DNA of 33,574 nucleotides from contig QNAG01000001.1 in NCBI GenBank assembly GCA_003641415.1, positions 1-33,574 of the forward strand. Reading direction: 5' to 3'. The stretch comes from Candidatus Zixiibacteriota bacterium. GTDB lineage: Bacteria > Zixibacteria > MSB-5A5 > GN15 > FEB-12. A program made the position numbers and the translations under genes. The stretch's first letter is position 1. Each line of letters starts with the position of its first letter. Positions 15,739 through 24,332 of the stretch are shown one piece after another. The notes under the pieces were generated by a model. That model did not search any database, was not told where the DNA came from, and was given only the letters and a program-made list of their open reading frames with translations.

Positions 15739-18700
15739 TTAAAAATCTGCCCCGAAGGAAAATGAGTAGGTTGGTTTATCGGAGACATTTCGGAAATCGG
15801 TTGACCAGGCCAAGTCATAACGAAGGAGAATAAAACCAAGATTGGCGCGCATGCCAAATCCAAAACCTGTTTTAATGTCCTTGAGTCGAGAACCTTCCTC
15901 ACTTGTGCCGCCCTTGAAATTGTTATCAGCCCAAGCAGCTCCAATATCAGTGAACACTGCACCCCCTACATTGGCAATGACCAGAGAAAGAGGAAATCGC
16001 ATCACAAAGTATTCGACCATAGGGAACCGGAACTCCCAGTTGACAAGACCAAATCGATTACCGGAAAGCTCATAATACGGAGTGCCACGCAATGGAGTGA
16101 CAACATCGGCAAAATACAGATTTTTGACATCGTAGACCTTGGCATCAAGGGTTCGGTTACCTATCCAGTTTGTAGTCCCACCAAGAAAGTATTGTTTGGG
16201 GGTGTTACCAAAAGAAGCCCCGCCCGCCACACGAAAAGCCATTGAAAAGGTTTTTTTGAAGTGCCAATACTTACGATAATCAACATCAATCGACTGGAAT
16301 TCGATATCATCTGATTCAAACAAATTGATTCCATACTGAAGTGATACCTTCGCCCGACGGCCATTGACCGGCCCAGTTAACCCCCAAATTATATTGTCGG
16401 TAACATAGGCCAGCTCACCGGTGGTAACTTTTGAATTACGATTCTCTCGATCATCGTCAAAGTCGTGATATTCACGGTCGATAAAATACTGGGAAACCCC
16501 CAGTTGCAAGCGACTGAATGTAGAGAACGGTCGGTTGGCAAAGGCTTGAACTCCGTAGAAACGGTCAGAAAAAAGGTGGTCAGAATTATCGAGGTAAAAA
16601 TTCTTTGAGTGAAATAGCCCAAATCCGACATTCGTTCTATGTCGATTATAGAAATAGTAAGCCTGGATATATGACTGGTCTATCGTATTCACTAAGTCGG
16701 TAGCAATATAAATCTGGTTGTTGCCTAAATAGTCGGAGAAAACAAAATACGATTGCCCTTGAAGACCAAAGAACGTGTCATAAGCAAAACCGCCACCGGC
16801 ATAATCTGAGGTAAACTTCGTCTCGTATTTCTTGATTATATACTCACCTGAGGGAAGTGGCAAAGGAATTGAATCAAAAGAAGCAGGTTCGGTCGAGCCT
16901 TCACGTGAATGACCAGTAGTATCGTTGATGTCAATCATTATAGATTCAAGTGGATCACTGGCGGATTGGTTTATAAAGACAAACTCTCCGTTGCGAATAC
17001 CGGTTTTGTCAACGAGATTACTATCAGCGGCAACTGAAGTTGTATCAGCCCCAGGGGTTACAGAATCAATAGCACTTGAATCGATAGCTGTCCATGTAGT
17101 TGAATCAACAGTGTAAGCTTCATAATCACCTGCCCATTCAACGGCAACATTACCATTGACTGTACTATCCATTTCTAGTTTATGGGCAACCAGGACTTTG
17201 TGTCCATGTTGTGTTCTAAGAAGATCGTACTTACCAAGCATAAAATCGGTTAAAGTCAGAATGCCATCATCACCGACAGGAGCTATATCCTTGAGCATGA
17301 AAATATCGAAGGCTCCCTTGTTGAATGCAGAAAAAGCAATCGCTTTACCGTTGGGAGACCACGAGAGCGATTTTACCCCGGAGATAATATCAGTTACTGC
17401 GAAGTATCGCGTGCTGTCAAGGAAAGCAACATAGAGATTGTCTATTCCGTTTCGATTGGAAATGAAAGCGACTTTACGTCCGTCAGGCGAGACTGCCGGT
17501 GCTTTATTCTGGCCAGGACCGACATCTAATTCGGTAACTGCAAGATTTATAAGATCAATTCTAAATAAGTTGTAGTAACCGTATTCGAAATCTCCGGGCA
17601 TGAAAGCGCCGGAATCCACATAAAGGTGTTGATTTATATCTATCTTCAAGTTGCGAGAATGTGGACGGTCAGACGAGAAAATGAGCTGATTGCTCTCAGG
17701 TAACCAAGAAGGATCGATATCATCGTAGCGATCATCAGTAAGCTGTTCAACTTGGTCCTTATTGATGTGATACAGGAATAGATCGCGCTTGTTACCTTCC
17801 AGAGCGGAGAAAGCTATCTTTTCCCCATCCGGTGACCACGCCGGTGCCAATATGTTGTAGTAGTCAAGGCGTTTTTTGTAGGTAACTTTACCTTTTGAAA
17901 AATCATACAGGAAGATAGCTTCCTTACCTCCGGATTTGGTAACAAAAGCTATTTTTTTACCATCCGGTGACCAAGAGATGCCCGACACATAAGAATGCAA
18001 AGATTCCAAGTCACTGGAACGCTGCGCCTTAACAATGTGATCAACAACTTTTCCGTCGGCTGCCGAAATCAGGACTATTTCGGTATAGTCAGACTTATCA
18101 GTGAATATTGCGATTCTGTCACCCTCTGGAGAGAAGGCTGGCTTTTCATTGTAATACGAACCGTCCTTGCGCGCTTTAGTGAGCTGTTTAGCGATTTCTT
18201 CAGGGTCTTTTCGAATTGCAATATCCGGCCAATACCTGCGCTTCATTTCTTTGCTGAATTCCTTCCAGAATTCCTCTTCGTTGACGCCGATTGTCTCTTT
18301 CAGGGTGCGATTCATTGTCAGATGAATCTTGCCGTTGCGAAAGATATCTCCCAATTTTTCTTCGCCGTACTTATCAGCAATATACTTTATCATGGCCTGT
18401 CCTTCTTTATAGGCCAGGTATCCCCCCAGTGCCCAAGGCGGAGCGAGATATCCATTGATTGTAGCATCCCGGACAACCATATCTGACCAGGAATCCCAGC
18501 CATGACGAGAGGAATACTCGGCATACCCTTCCGCCAACCACAGAGGCATGCTAAAAAGTCTTTGACGGGAGACCAGAGATGACAAAGCTTTACCATAAAG
18601 CATGTCGAAAGTAACGGCATGTGTCAGTTCATGGTGTAGGACATGGCGGAAATCTTCGTAGGAGCCGGAAAACGGAACAACTATGCGGTTTTTGAATACT

Positions 18701-19041
18701 TCTGTAAATCCGCCGGTTCCCTCGGGAATAAGTGATGGAATAATATTGGTTTGCTGAAAATCGTTATGTGAATTATAGATAAATACAGGGATGCGTCGTT
18801 GGATGAGATAGTTAAGTTCCTTGGAAATTTCGACGTATGATGATTCCAGTACAGCCGTAGCAAATTTCGCAGTAGGGTAAGCTTCATCGTAGAAGTGTAT
18901 ATCAAAGTGCCGTGTCTGTAGATAGCTCCAGTCAAAGTCTTTGTAACGGACCTTGTTTTTACCAAATGCAACATCCTGGGCTAAGATCAAGCTCGGACTA
19001 AAAACGGAAGCGATTAGAATTATCAGAACAAGTTTTTTCAT
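15739..19041 (-). CDS. Large outer-membrane fusion protein: N-terminal HExxH (MA-clan peptidase-like) domain + TolB-like beta-propeller repeats + C-terminal Omp85/surface-antigen (D15) beta-barrel
   Basis: About 1100 aa with a signal peptide. The HHELTH motif is at aa 137-142 (nt 18619-18633). TolB-type blades recur (SPEGDRIAI, SPDGKKIAF, SPDGEKIAF, SPDGRKVAF, SPNGKAIAF). The C-terminus ...YDLAWSTDFRNVSDKPTYSFSFGADF is typical of Omp85-family barrels. The real start is the ATG at 19041; the track counted a preceding TTG. Confidence 0.88.
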   Translation of the reverse strand: MKKLVLIILIASVFSPSLILAQDVAFGKNKVRYKDFDWSYLQTRHFDIHFYDEAYPTAKFATAVLESSYVEISKELNYLIQRRIPVFIYNSHNDFQQTNIIPSLIPEGTGGFTEVFKNRIVVPFSGSYEDFRHVLHHELTHAVTFDMLYGKALSSLVSRQRLFSMPLWLAEGYAEYSSRHGWDSWSDMVVRDATINGYLAPPWALGGYLAYKEGQAMIKYIADKYGEEKLGDIFRNGKIHLTMNRTLKETIGVNEEEFWKEFSKEMKRRYWPDIAIRKDPEEIAKQLTKARKDGSYYNEKPAFSPEGDRIAIFTDKSDYTEIVLISAADGKVVDHIVKAQRSSDLESLHSYVSGISWSPDGKKIAFVTKSGGKEAIFLYDFSKGKVTYKKRLDYYNILAPAWSPDGEKIAFSALEGNKRDLFLYHINKDQVEQLTDDRYDDIDPSWLPESNQLIFSSDRPHSRNLKIDINQHLYVDSGAFMPGDFEYGYYNLFRIDLINLAVTELDVGPGQNKAPAVSPDGRKVAFISNRNGIDNLYVAFLDSTRYFAVTDIISGVKSLSWSPNGKAIAFSAFNKGAFDIFMLKDIAPVGDDGILTLTDFMLGKYDLLRTQHGHKVLVAHKLEMDSTVNGNVAVEWAGDYEAYTVDSTTWTAIDSSAIDSVTPGADTTSVAADSNLVDKTGIRNGEFVFINQSASDPLESIMIDINDTTGHSREGSTEPASFDSIPLPLPSGEYIIKKYETKFTSDYAGGGFAYDTFFGLQGQSYFVFSDYLGNNQIYIATDLVNTIDQSYIQAYYFYNRHRTNVGFGLFHSKNFYLDNSDHLFSDRFYGVQAFANRPFSTFSRLQLGVSQYFIDREYHDFDDDRENRNSKVTTGELAYVTDNIIWGLTGPVNGRRAKVSLQYGINLFESDDIEFQSIDVDYRKYWHFKKTFSMAFRVAGGASFGNTPKQYFLGGTTNWIGNRTLDAKVYDVKNLYFADVVTPLRGTPYYELSGNRFGLVNWEFRFPMVEYFVMRFPLSLVIANVGGAVFTDIGAAWADNNFKGGTSEEGSRLKDIKTGFGFGMRANLGFILLRYDLAWSTDFRNVSDKPTYSFSFGADF

Positions 19042-19146
19042 CAATCTATATCCTTGTATCAGCCGTATTGTTTAATGGGCTAACAAAAATTATCGGCCTC
19101 ATCAACTTCTTTTCAAATTTATAACATTGCTCTTAAAGAGCTAAAG

Positions 19147-20409
19147 TTACTCCTTTATTCTTACAATATCGGCACCGAGAGACGACAACTTTTCCTCTAG
19201 TTTGTAGTATCCACGATCGACATGATATACCCGCAGGACATCCGAACGACCTTTAGCAGCCAGACATGCCAGCACTATACCGGCCCCTGCTCTTATATCA
19301 GACGCCATTACTTCTGCGCCGTGCAATTCTTTAACACCTGTAATGATCGCTTCGTTGCTGGAAATATCAATTCCGGCTCCTAAACGTCTCATCTCCATCG
19401 TATGTGAAAATCTGTCTTCAAAAACAGTTTCAGTGATATGCGAAGTTCCCGAACCTACACAGGCAGCAGCCATAATGCAAGCCTGGAGATCAGTTGGGAA
19501 ACCTGGATATGGAAAGGTTGTGACCGAAACCGGGGATAATTTACGGGGTCCTTTCAAAGTAACACTCTTGCTTGTTTGAGTAACTTTGCAGCCCATTTCC
19601 ATCAGTTTATGCAGCACAACAGTCAAAGTTTCCGGAGCGCAACCGGTGACTCGAACCTCACCGCCAGTGATAGCGCCAGCTATAAGATAAGTGCCGGCTA
19701 CCAACCTATCTCCTGAGACAGAATACTCAATAGCGTTAAGCCTTTTTACCGGTTCAATGACAATATTGGGTGTGCCGGCGCCATGAATTCTGGCTCCGGC
19801 CTTGTTAAGGAAATTGGCGACATCTATCACTTCCGGGTCGCAGGCAGCATTGGTTATAATGGTTTTCCCCTTAGCGGTGACAGCACCATAGAAAATATTC
19901 TCAGTGCCGGTGTGTGAAGGTCGATCGAAATATATCACCCCACCTTTCAAAGGTTTACCCCGGGCTACAACATATCCGCCATGCTCGGTTACCTTAGCTC
20001 CCATAGCTCGAAATCCAGCTACATGAAAATTGACCGGACGGGCTCCAAGGACACATCCTCCCGGCAGAGAAACGCGAGCCTCACCTAGACGAGCCAATAT
20101 AGGACCCAAAGCCAAAAAAGAGGCGCGCATCTGTCTCATCAATTCGTAAGGTGCGGTATTTTGATCTATATTCTCAGCGTTGACCGTCAATACACAATGC
20201 TGAGCGTTATAGGTAACCTTGGCGCCAAGGTGTTCCATTACTTTTATTGCAGTATAAATATCCCTCAACGGGGGGACATTCTTGATCACGGTTTCGCCCC
20301 GATCTATCAAAAGCGAACCGAAGATAATTGGCAAAGCGGCGTTTTTGGAGCCATCGGTTCTTACACTACCCTTGAGGCGATGATCACCATTGATTACAAA
20401 TTTGTCCAT
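19147..20409 (-). CDS. murA: UDP-N-acetylglucosamine 1-carboxyvinyltransferase
   Basis: 420 aa. The protein starts MDKFVINGDHRLKGSVRTDGSKNAALPIIFGSLL. The catalytic-loop context LPGGCVLGARPVNFH and the C-terminal HVDRGYYKLEEKLSSLGADI are classic MurA features. Confidence 0.95.
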   Translation of the reverse strand: MDKFVINGDHRLKGSVRTDGSKNAALPIIFGSLLIDRGETVIKNVPPLRDIYTAIKVMEHLGAKVTYNAQHCVLTVNAENIDQNTAPYELMRQMRASFLALGPILARLGEARVSLPGGCVLGARPVNFHVAGFRAMGAKVTEHGGYVVARGKPLKGGVIYFDRPSHTGTENIFYGAVTAKGKTIITNAACDPEVIDVANFLNKAGARIHGAGTPNIVIEPVKRLNAIEYSVSGDRLVAGTYLIAGAITGGEVRVTGCAPETLTVVLHKLMEMGCKVTQTSKSVTLKGPRKLSPVSVTTFPYPGFPTDLQACIMAAACVGSGTSHITETVFEDRFSHTMEMRRLGAGIDISSNEAIITGVKELHGAEVMASDIRAGAGIVLACLAAKGRSDVLRVYHVDRGYYKLEEKLSSLGADIVRIKE

Positions 20410-20581
20410 TTTATTCTCAGAAACTATGTTAATTTTCTGGTACTATGTACCTTGAGCTTATACACTTGACTGTACGATACACTGGTTTTCATTTATCAAA
20501 ACATTTTTTTCATTTCAATAATAGTATTCTTTCTGGTGATATAAAGCTTTAAGTGACAAAAAAGACCGCAATGGCACAACT

Positions 20582-21157
20582 TCAGAATATAGCTCCGATA
20601 TCGCTCAACTTGGTCGGTTCCTGTTGCCCTGTGGTGGGTTCAAAACTATCCCGCACGCGGTAGAACAGGTCCATGGCTTCATCATGACAGTAATCCAGGT
20701 TGGTCCAGGGGAGCCTTTTGAATTGCCCTTGTGAATGGATTAACTCTATTTGAGCAAAAACTCCGCTCCCGAGGTAGAGACGGTAGTTATATTCCCGATG
20801 TGATGCCATCACTAGTTTATCGGGAGTGAGAATACCCGGGTCGATATTGACTGTACGGAAATAATAATCGCGTACACAATCGGAGAACATCGTCTCGATT
20901 TTGTAGCATGTTGCCTTAATCATAGGTAGAGTATCACAGGCAACCGGCTGCTCAAATGAAAAGAAACGGCGCTGGAGATTATCGCCCATCTCTTCGCGGT
21001 AGCGCTCCTGAGAACTACAGGGAATCTCTATCGTTTCACACTCTACCTTGGAGAATTTGTGTTCAATAACACGAAGGGAATCAGCCAGAGCGTCAATAGA
21101 GGAATAGATAATCGAGACAACCAATCGTCCCGGTGGAGGTTTTTGTATTCGTACCAT
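20582..21157 (-). CDS. DUF4416-like protein (function unknown)
   Basis: 191-aa ORF. The overall pattern (RLVVSIIYS..., NIDPGILTPDKLVMASHREYNYRLYLGSGVFAQIELI) matches my recollection of the DUF4416 family. The assignment is from memory, not a search. No obvious RBS is present. Confidence 0.55.
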   Translation of the reverse strand: MVRIQKPPPGRLVVSIIYSSIDALADSLRVIEHKFSKVECETIEIPCSSQERYREEMGDNLQRRFFSFEQPVACDTLPMIKATCYKIETMFSDCVRDYYFRTVNIDPGILTPDKLVMASHREYNYRLYLGSGVFAQIELIHSQGQFKRLPWTNLDYCHDEAMDLFYRVRDSFEPTTGQQEPTKLSDIGAIF

Positions 21158-21312
21158 GAAGATAGATTGTTATAAAAAGATAAGATGATCAACAAAAACA
21201 GTAAAAAGAACGAAATCAAAGTATAGCATACACGGGGTCAACCATATTCGTTACCGACAAAGGCAACAAATAGATACCCCCGGCTAAAGCCGTGGTGTTC
21301 TGTCTGCGACCG

Positions 21313-21352
21313 CATAAAATAGCCACCCGTGCTCCCCTCGAGCACGGGTGGC
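21313..21352 (-). terminator. Strong intrinsic terminator (minus strand) inside the DUF4416-GYD intergenic gap
   Basis: A perfect 13-bp stem pairs GCCACCCGTGCTC (21322-21334) with GAGCACGGGTGGC (21340-21352), with a 5-nt loop. On the minus strand it is followed by CTATTTTAT. Confidence 0.65.
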
Positions 21353-21469
21353 AAACCGCCAAAGAGGAATAAGATTGTTCGCCTAAAGGCGAAACTTAGA
21401 AAGTAAAATACTCCATATAAAGCAAGCAACTGTTGTGCCGCTTCTGCAAATCAGTCATATTGCGAAGAG
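21313..21469 (-). ncRNA. Candidate sRNA of about 155 nt (promoter-like TATAAT to terminator)
   Basis: On the minus strand a perfect TATAAT (21481-21476) preceded by TG lies about 155 nt upstream of the terminator. Between them are an interrupted helix CTTCGCAA/TTGCAGAAG and a 6-bp hairpin TTCGCC-TAAA-GGCGAA (21378-21393). The only ORF is a 63-aa track ORF that runs through the hairpins. Confidence 0.3.
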
Positions 21470-21784
21470 TAACTTATTATACAGCAACGCAATAGCAATG
21501 CAGGTGTAGTTTGAGAACCGGGAAGCGATAAAGTTAATTCGTATAATTGTACGGATTGATTGTGAATAAAATTAAGATAAGCGCATGAATATCACACTTT
21601 TTCTGTTAACGGGCAACAACAGTACTACTTCGTTTATTACCACGAATTAACCATAATAAATCGCCTGAAGTAGCGGCTCAATAAAATTCTGTGATCCCAA
21701 AATAACCGCGATAATAACAATGTTGATTACGCTACATTAAATTTGATAAAAGTCCTCCTTTTATAGCGCACTCAATAGTATAAT

Positions 21785-22138
21785 TTAAGTTTCGTTGTGG
21801 TGATCAGGAGTGAACTCCGGCTCTGCAAGTTGTTCGGCAATGTGAGCAATTCGCTTGTCGGGAATAGCTGTCCAGCTCTCGACGTGGAAAGTGCCGTCAG
21901 CACCGCATATCATTGAGACCTTGGCAGCAAATTCCTCATTTGGCGCCTCATAGATATCCATGAAATCATAAGACCCTAAAAGGGCGTAGTGGGCAAGGAA
22001 TTTCACCTCGGGGCATTGTTCCTTGGCTCGCTCTACCCACTGTCGACCGGTATCAGCACCCTTCTTGACTTTTTTTGCCACTTCAATAAGGCTTGGTCCA
22101 TGCGGAGCCAGCTTTGACATCAGCACAAATGTTCTCAT
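21785..22138 (-). CDS. GYD-domain protein
   Basis: MRTFVLMSKLAPHG...LLGSYDFMDIYEAPNEEFAAKVSMI shows the GxYD...EAP signature of the GYD family. I prefer the ATG at 22138 because a perfect GGAGGA lies 6 nt upstream (22144-22149). The track ORF starts 14 codons earlier, at 22180. Confidence 0.8.
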   Translation of the reverse strand: MRTFVLMSKLAPHGPSLIEVAKKVKKGADTGRQWVERAKEQCPEVKFLAHYALLGSYDFMDIYEAPNEEFAAKVSMICGADGTFHVESWTAIPDKRIAHIAEQLAEPEFTPDHHNET

Positions 22139-22517
22139 AGTATCCTCCTGGCAGTTATATATATCTTGCAGCAGAGCCATTCGACCGACTATGGTCGGAC
22201 TTTACCGATTTCGTCAGGTTGGTTTGTATCACCGATGAATGCTCTATGATGTTTTTTGGTTGTAGTGCATTGATGTGCTTACTGTTTTAATATACTACAA
22301 TAACCGAAAATTGCACGTCTTTTTTCCTAACAACCTTGACACTGAGTAGCGCTTGGCTTAGAGGTCAAGTTTATATGGAGATTGTAAATGCACAGCCGAT
22401 GACTTAATGACATCTCATATACAAGGGTAACCAATATTAAGATAACCGAATAAAAGTGACACTGCTCAATTTGCGAAAAAACTTTAACTTATCCTTAACA
22501 ATAGCTGACGCTGACCC

Positions 22518-22546
22518 TTGACTACCCTGACAAGCCGAAGTATATT
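22518..22546 (+). promoter_or_regulatory. Sigma70-type promoter for the DUF2064/creatininase pair
   Basis: TTGACT (22518-22523), a 17-nt spacer and TATATT (22541-22546), about 40 nt upstream of the ATG at 22587. The TTG that the ORF track used as a start codon is the -35 box itself. Confidence 0.55.
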
Positions 22547-22586
22547 CAGACCAATTAGAACAAGAATACGGGATAGACAAACAACT

Positions 22587-23333
22587 ATGTCGGCAACAAA
22601 AAAGAACAACTCAGTTATTGCCATCTGTATTCAGGAGCCATATGAAGACGGATCATCTATGGATCTTGGGGTTATTAAAGAAGATGAACTCCGCAAGCTT
22701 CACCAGGCCTTTATAACAGATACCATAAATCATGCGCTTGAGATTCCATCATGTGATATTCTCCTGTACTATATTGATCAACCAAACCGACATCATCTGG
22801 TGGAAATCGTAACGAAATATCTTTCCGGGAAACTTTCGGGGAAGTCGGCCACGAATTTCAAAAAAAGATTTAAGTCTATCAAACTTAGCAAAGATCCCTG
22901 GGGAAAGCGTATTGAAAAAGTCTTCAAGGATTGCTTCAAATCAGGGTACAAACATGTGTTGGTGATTGGTAGTCGCACTCCTACAGTCCATTCCTCGAAA
23001 CTTGATACAGCCCTAAAGATGCTTAAGGAAAGCGACGCTGTCTTTGGTCCTACCCCCGAGGGTCGGTATTACCTTATTGGTATGTCGAAGGAATCCAGGA
23101 TCAACCTTGCTGAATTTGACTGGAAGTCACCTTCGATTTATTCCACAGTCGCTGACGCTTTCACCGAAAAAGAACTCGCTTGGTCTGAGCTTGAGATATG
23201 GTACTGCGTAGAAAGCCCCGATGAACTGGAATTAATGGTCCGTGATATTAACCAATGGCGTTTCGAGGGTGATGAGTCAACCGCTCGTGAAACGGAGATA
23301 GCCCTGGAACGAATTTTAGCTAAACTCGATTGA
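22587..23333 (+). CDS. DUF2064-family (nucleotidyltransferase/glycosyltransferase-like fold) protein
   Basis: The pattern VLVIGSRTPTVHSSKLDTALKMLKESDAVFGPTPEGRYYLIGM...FDWKSPSIYSTV...VESPDELE matches the family layout IG.D.P......A...L...D.V.GP..DGGYYL.G....W.....D..DL. The start is set at the ATG at 22587 (MSATKKNN...). Confidence 0.72.
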   Translation: MSATKKNNSVIAICIQEPYEDGSSMDLGVIKEDELRKLHQAFITDTINHALEIPSCDILLYYIDQPNRHHLVEIVTKYLSGKLSGKSATNFKKRFKSIKLSKDPWGKRIEKVFKDCFKSGYKHVLVIGSRTPTVHSSKLDTALKMLKESDAVFGPTPEGRYYLIGMSKESRINLAEFDWKSPSIYSTVADAFTEKELAWSELEIWYCVESPDELELMVRDINQWRFEGDESTARETEIALERILAKLD

Positions 23334-23341
23334 TACTGTAT

Positions 23342-24076
23342 ATGGAAAGAGAACTGCAACGCCTGCATTGGCTAAAAATTAAAGAGCTTGTTCCAGATCA
23401 GATTGATACTGTCATTTTACCGGTGGGGACAGTAGAAGCTCATGGGTCATCTTGTGTTGGTACAGACAACTACATCCCGGAGAACATAGCAATCAGTATT
23501 GCAGATTATGTCAATGCGATGGTTGCACCTACAATCAACTACGGTATCACCAAATCGCTGTATCGTTATAATGGTGGGATGACAATCAGGCCTGAGATTT
23601 TGTCAGCTTACGTCCAGGATGTGCTATTATCTCTGGCTAAAAACGGATTTAGAAATATAATCATTATGAATGGTCATGGGGGCAATAACTCCACTCTGAA
23701 AGATTTAGCTTTTGAGTTTCACAGTAAGCACAGGGCAAACATTGCCGTTATTCACTGGTGGGAGTTGTGCAGCAAAATGACAGTGGAGTTCTTTGGCCAC
23801 GCAGGAGGACATGCCGGCACCGATGAAACCGCTATGATGATGGCCGTTGATCCTGACCTTGTAGACGAACAATCTTACGATCCAGAGATGGCATACAATT
23901 TCGTTCCGGGAGCTGACATCTACCCGGTGCCGGGAACTATTCTCCTCTATAAAGAAGGGGAGGGATACCCCGAATTCGACCTGGATAAGTCCCAACAATA
24001 TCGGGAGCAAGTAGCTAAACAGGTAGGCGAGTTTGTTAAATCGATTATCTCTCGCTGGAACAAATTCGAACTGTAA
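23342..24076 (+). CDS. Creatininase-family amidohydrolase (creatinine amidohydrolase/ArfB/MftE-like)
   Basis: LPVGTVEAHGSSCVGTDNYIPE, IIIMNGHGGN and HAGTDETAMMMA are characteristic metal-binding motifs of the creatininase family. The ATG at 23342 lies 8 nt after the DUF2064 stop. The track start at 23330 is a TTG that overlaps that stop. Confidence 0.85.
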   Translation: MERELQRLHWLKIKELVPDQIDTVILPVGTVEAHGSSCVGTDNYIPENIAISIADYVNAMVAPTINYGITKSLYRYNGGMTIRPEILSAYVQDVLLSLAKNGFRNIIIMNGHGGNNSTLKDLAFEFHSKHRANIAVIHWWELCSKMTVEFFGHAGGHAGTDETAMMMAVDPDLVDEQSYDPEMAYNFVPGADIYPVPGTILLYKEGEGYPEFDLDKSQQYREQVAKQVGEFVKSIISRWNKFEL

Positions 24077-24332
24077 GAGTGATAGGGGAGACGCCCTGTT
24101 CCCACTATCCTTTTCCCTATCACAACTAACCACAATGTGAATAATACGTATTATGATGATTGAGAATAACCGATAAGGCAAGAAGTGGCTTTTTAGTATT
24201 GTATAATATTTTCCCTCGCATTCCCTTGCAGGATGTTGCCAACCAATAGCCTTTTGATTATCTTAACAATCTGATTGTAAAACCGGATGAAGCGTTCAGA
24301 CGCTAAATCCCCAAACATATAGGAGAAACCAT

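Noticed and set aside
21238-21429. 63-aa minus-strand ORF in the DUF4416-GYD gap
   Set aside because: It runs through a perfect 13-bp terminator hairpin and two other hairpins. It has no RBS and its composition is implausible, so the region is better explained as RNA or regulatory sequence.
22149-22170. TGGCA...TTGCA on the plus strand near the GYD start
   Set aside because: The spacing is 12 nt instead of 6 between the pentamers. The site overlaps the GYD RBS/5' region on the opposite strand, and no plus-strand gene follows within 400 bp.
22518-22586. The TTG start at 22518 used by the ORF track for the DUF2064 gene
   Set aside because: That TTG is the first base of a near-consensus -35 box (TTGACT, 17-nt spacer, TATATT). 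The extra 23 residues are Arg/Thr-rich and unlike the family N-terminus. I prefer the ATG at 22587.
24227-24241. Sigma54-like motif TGGCA-N6-TGCAA on the minus strand upstream of the M32 gene
   Set aside because: The GG-to-GC spacing is one nucleotide too short (9 rather than 10 intervening bases). It also points toward the 3' end of the creatininase gene, where there is no minus-strand gene to drive.
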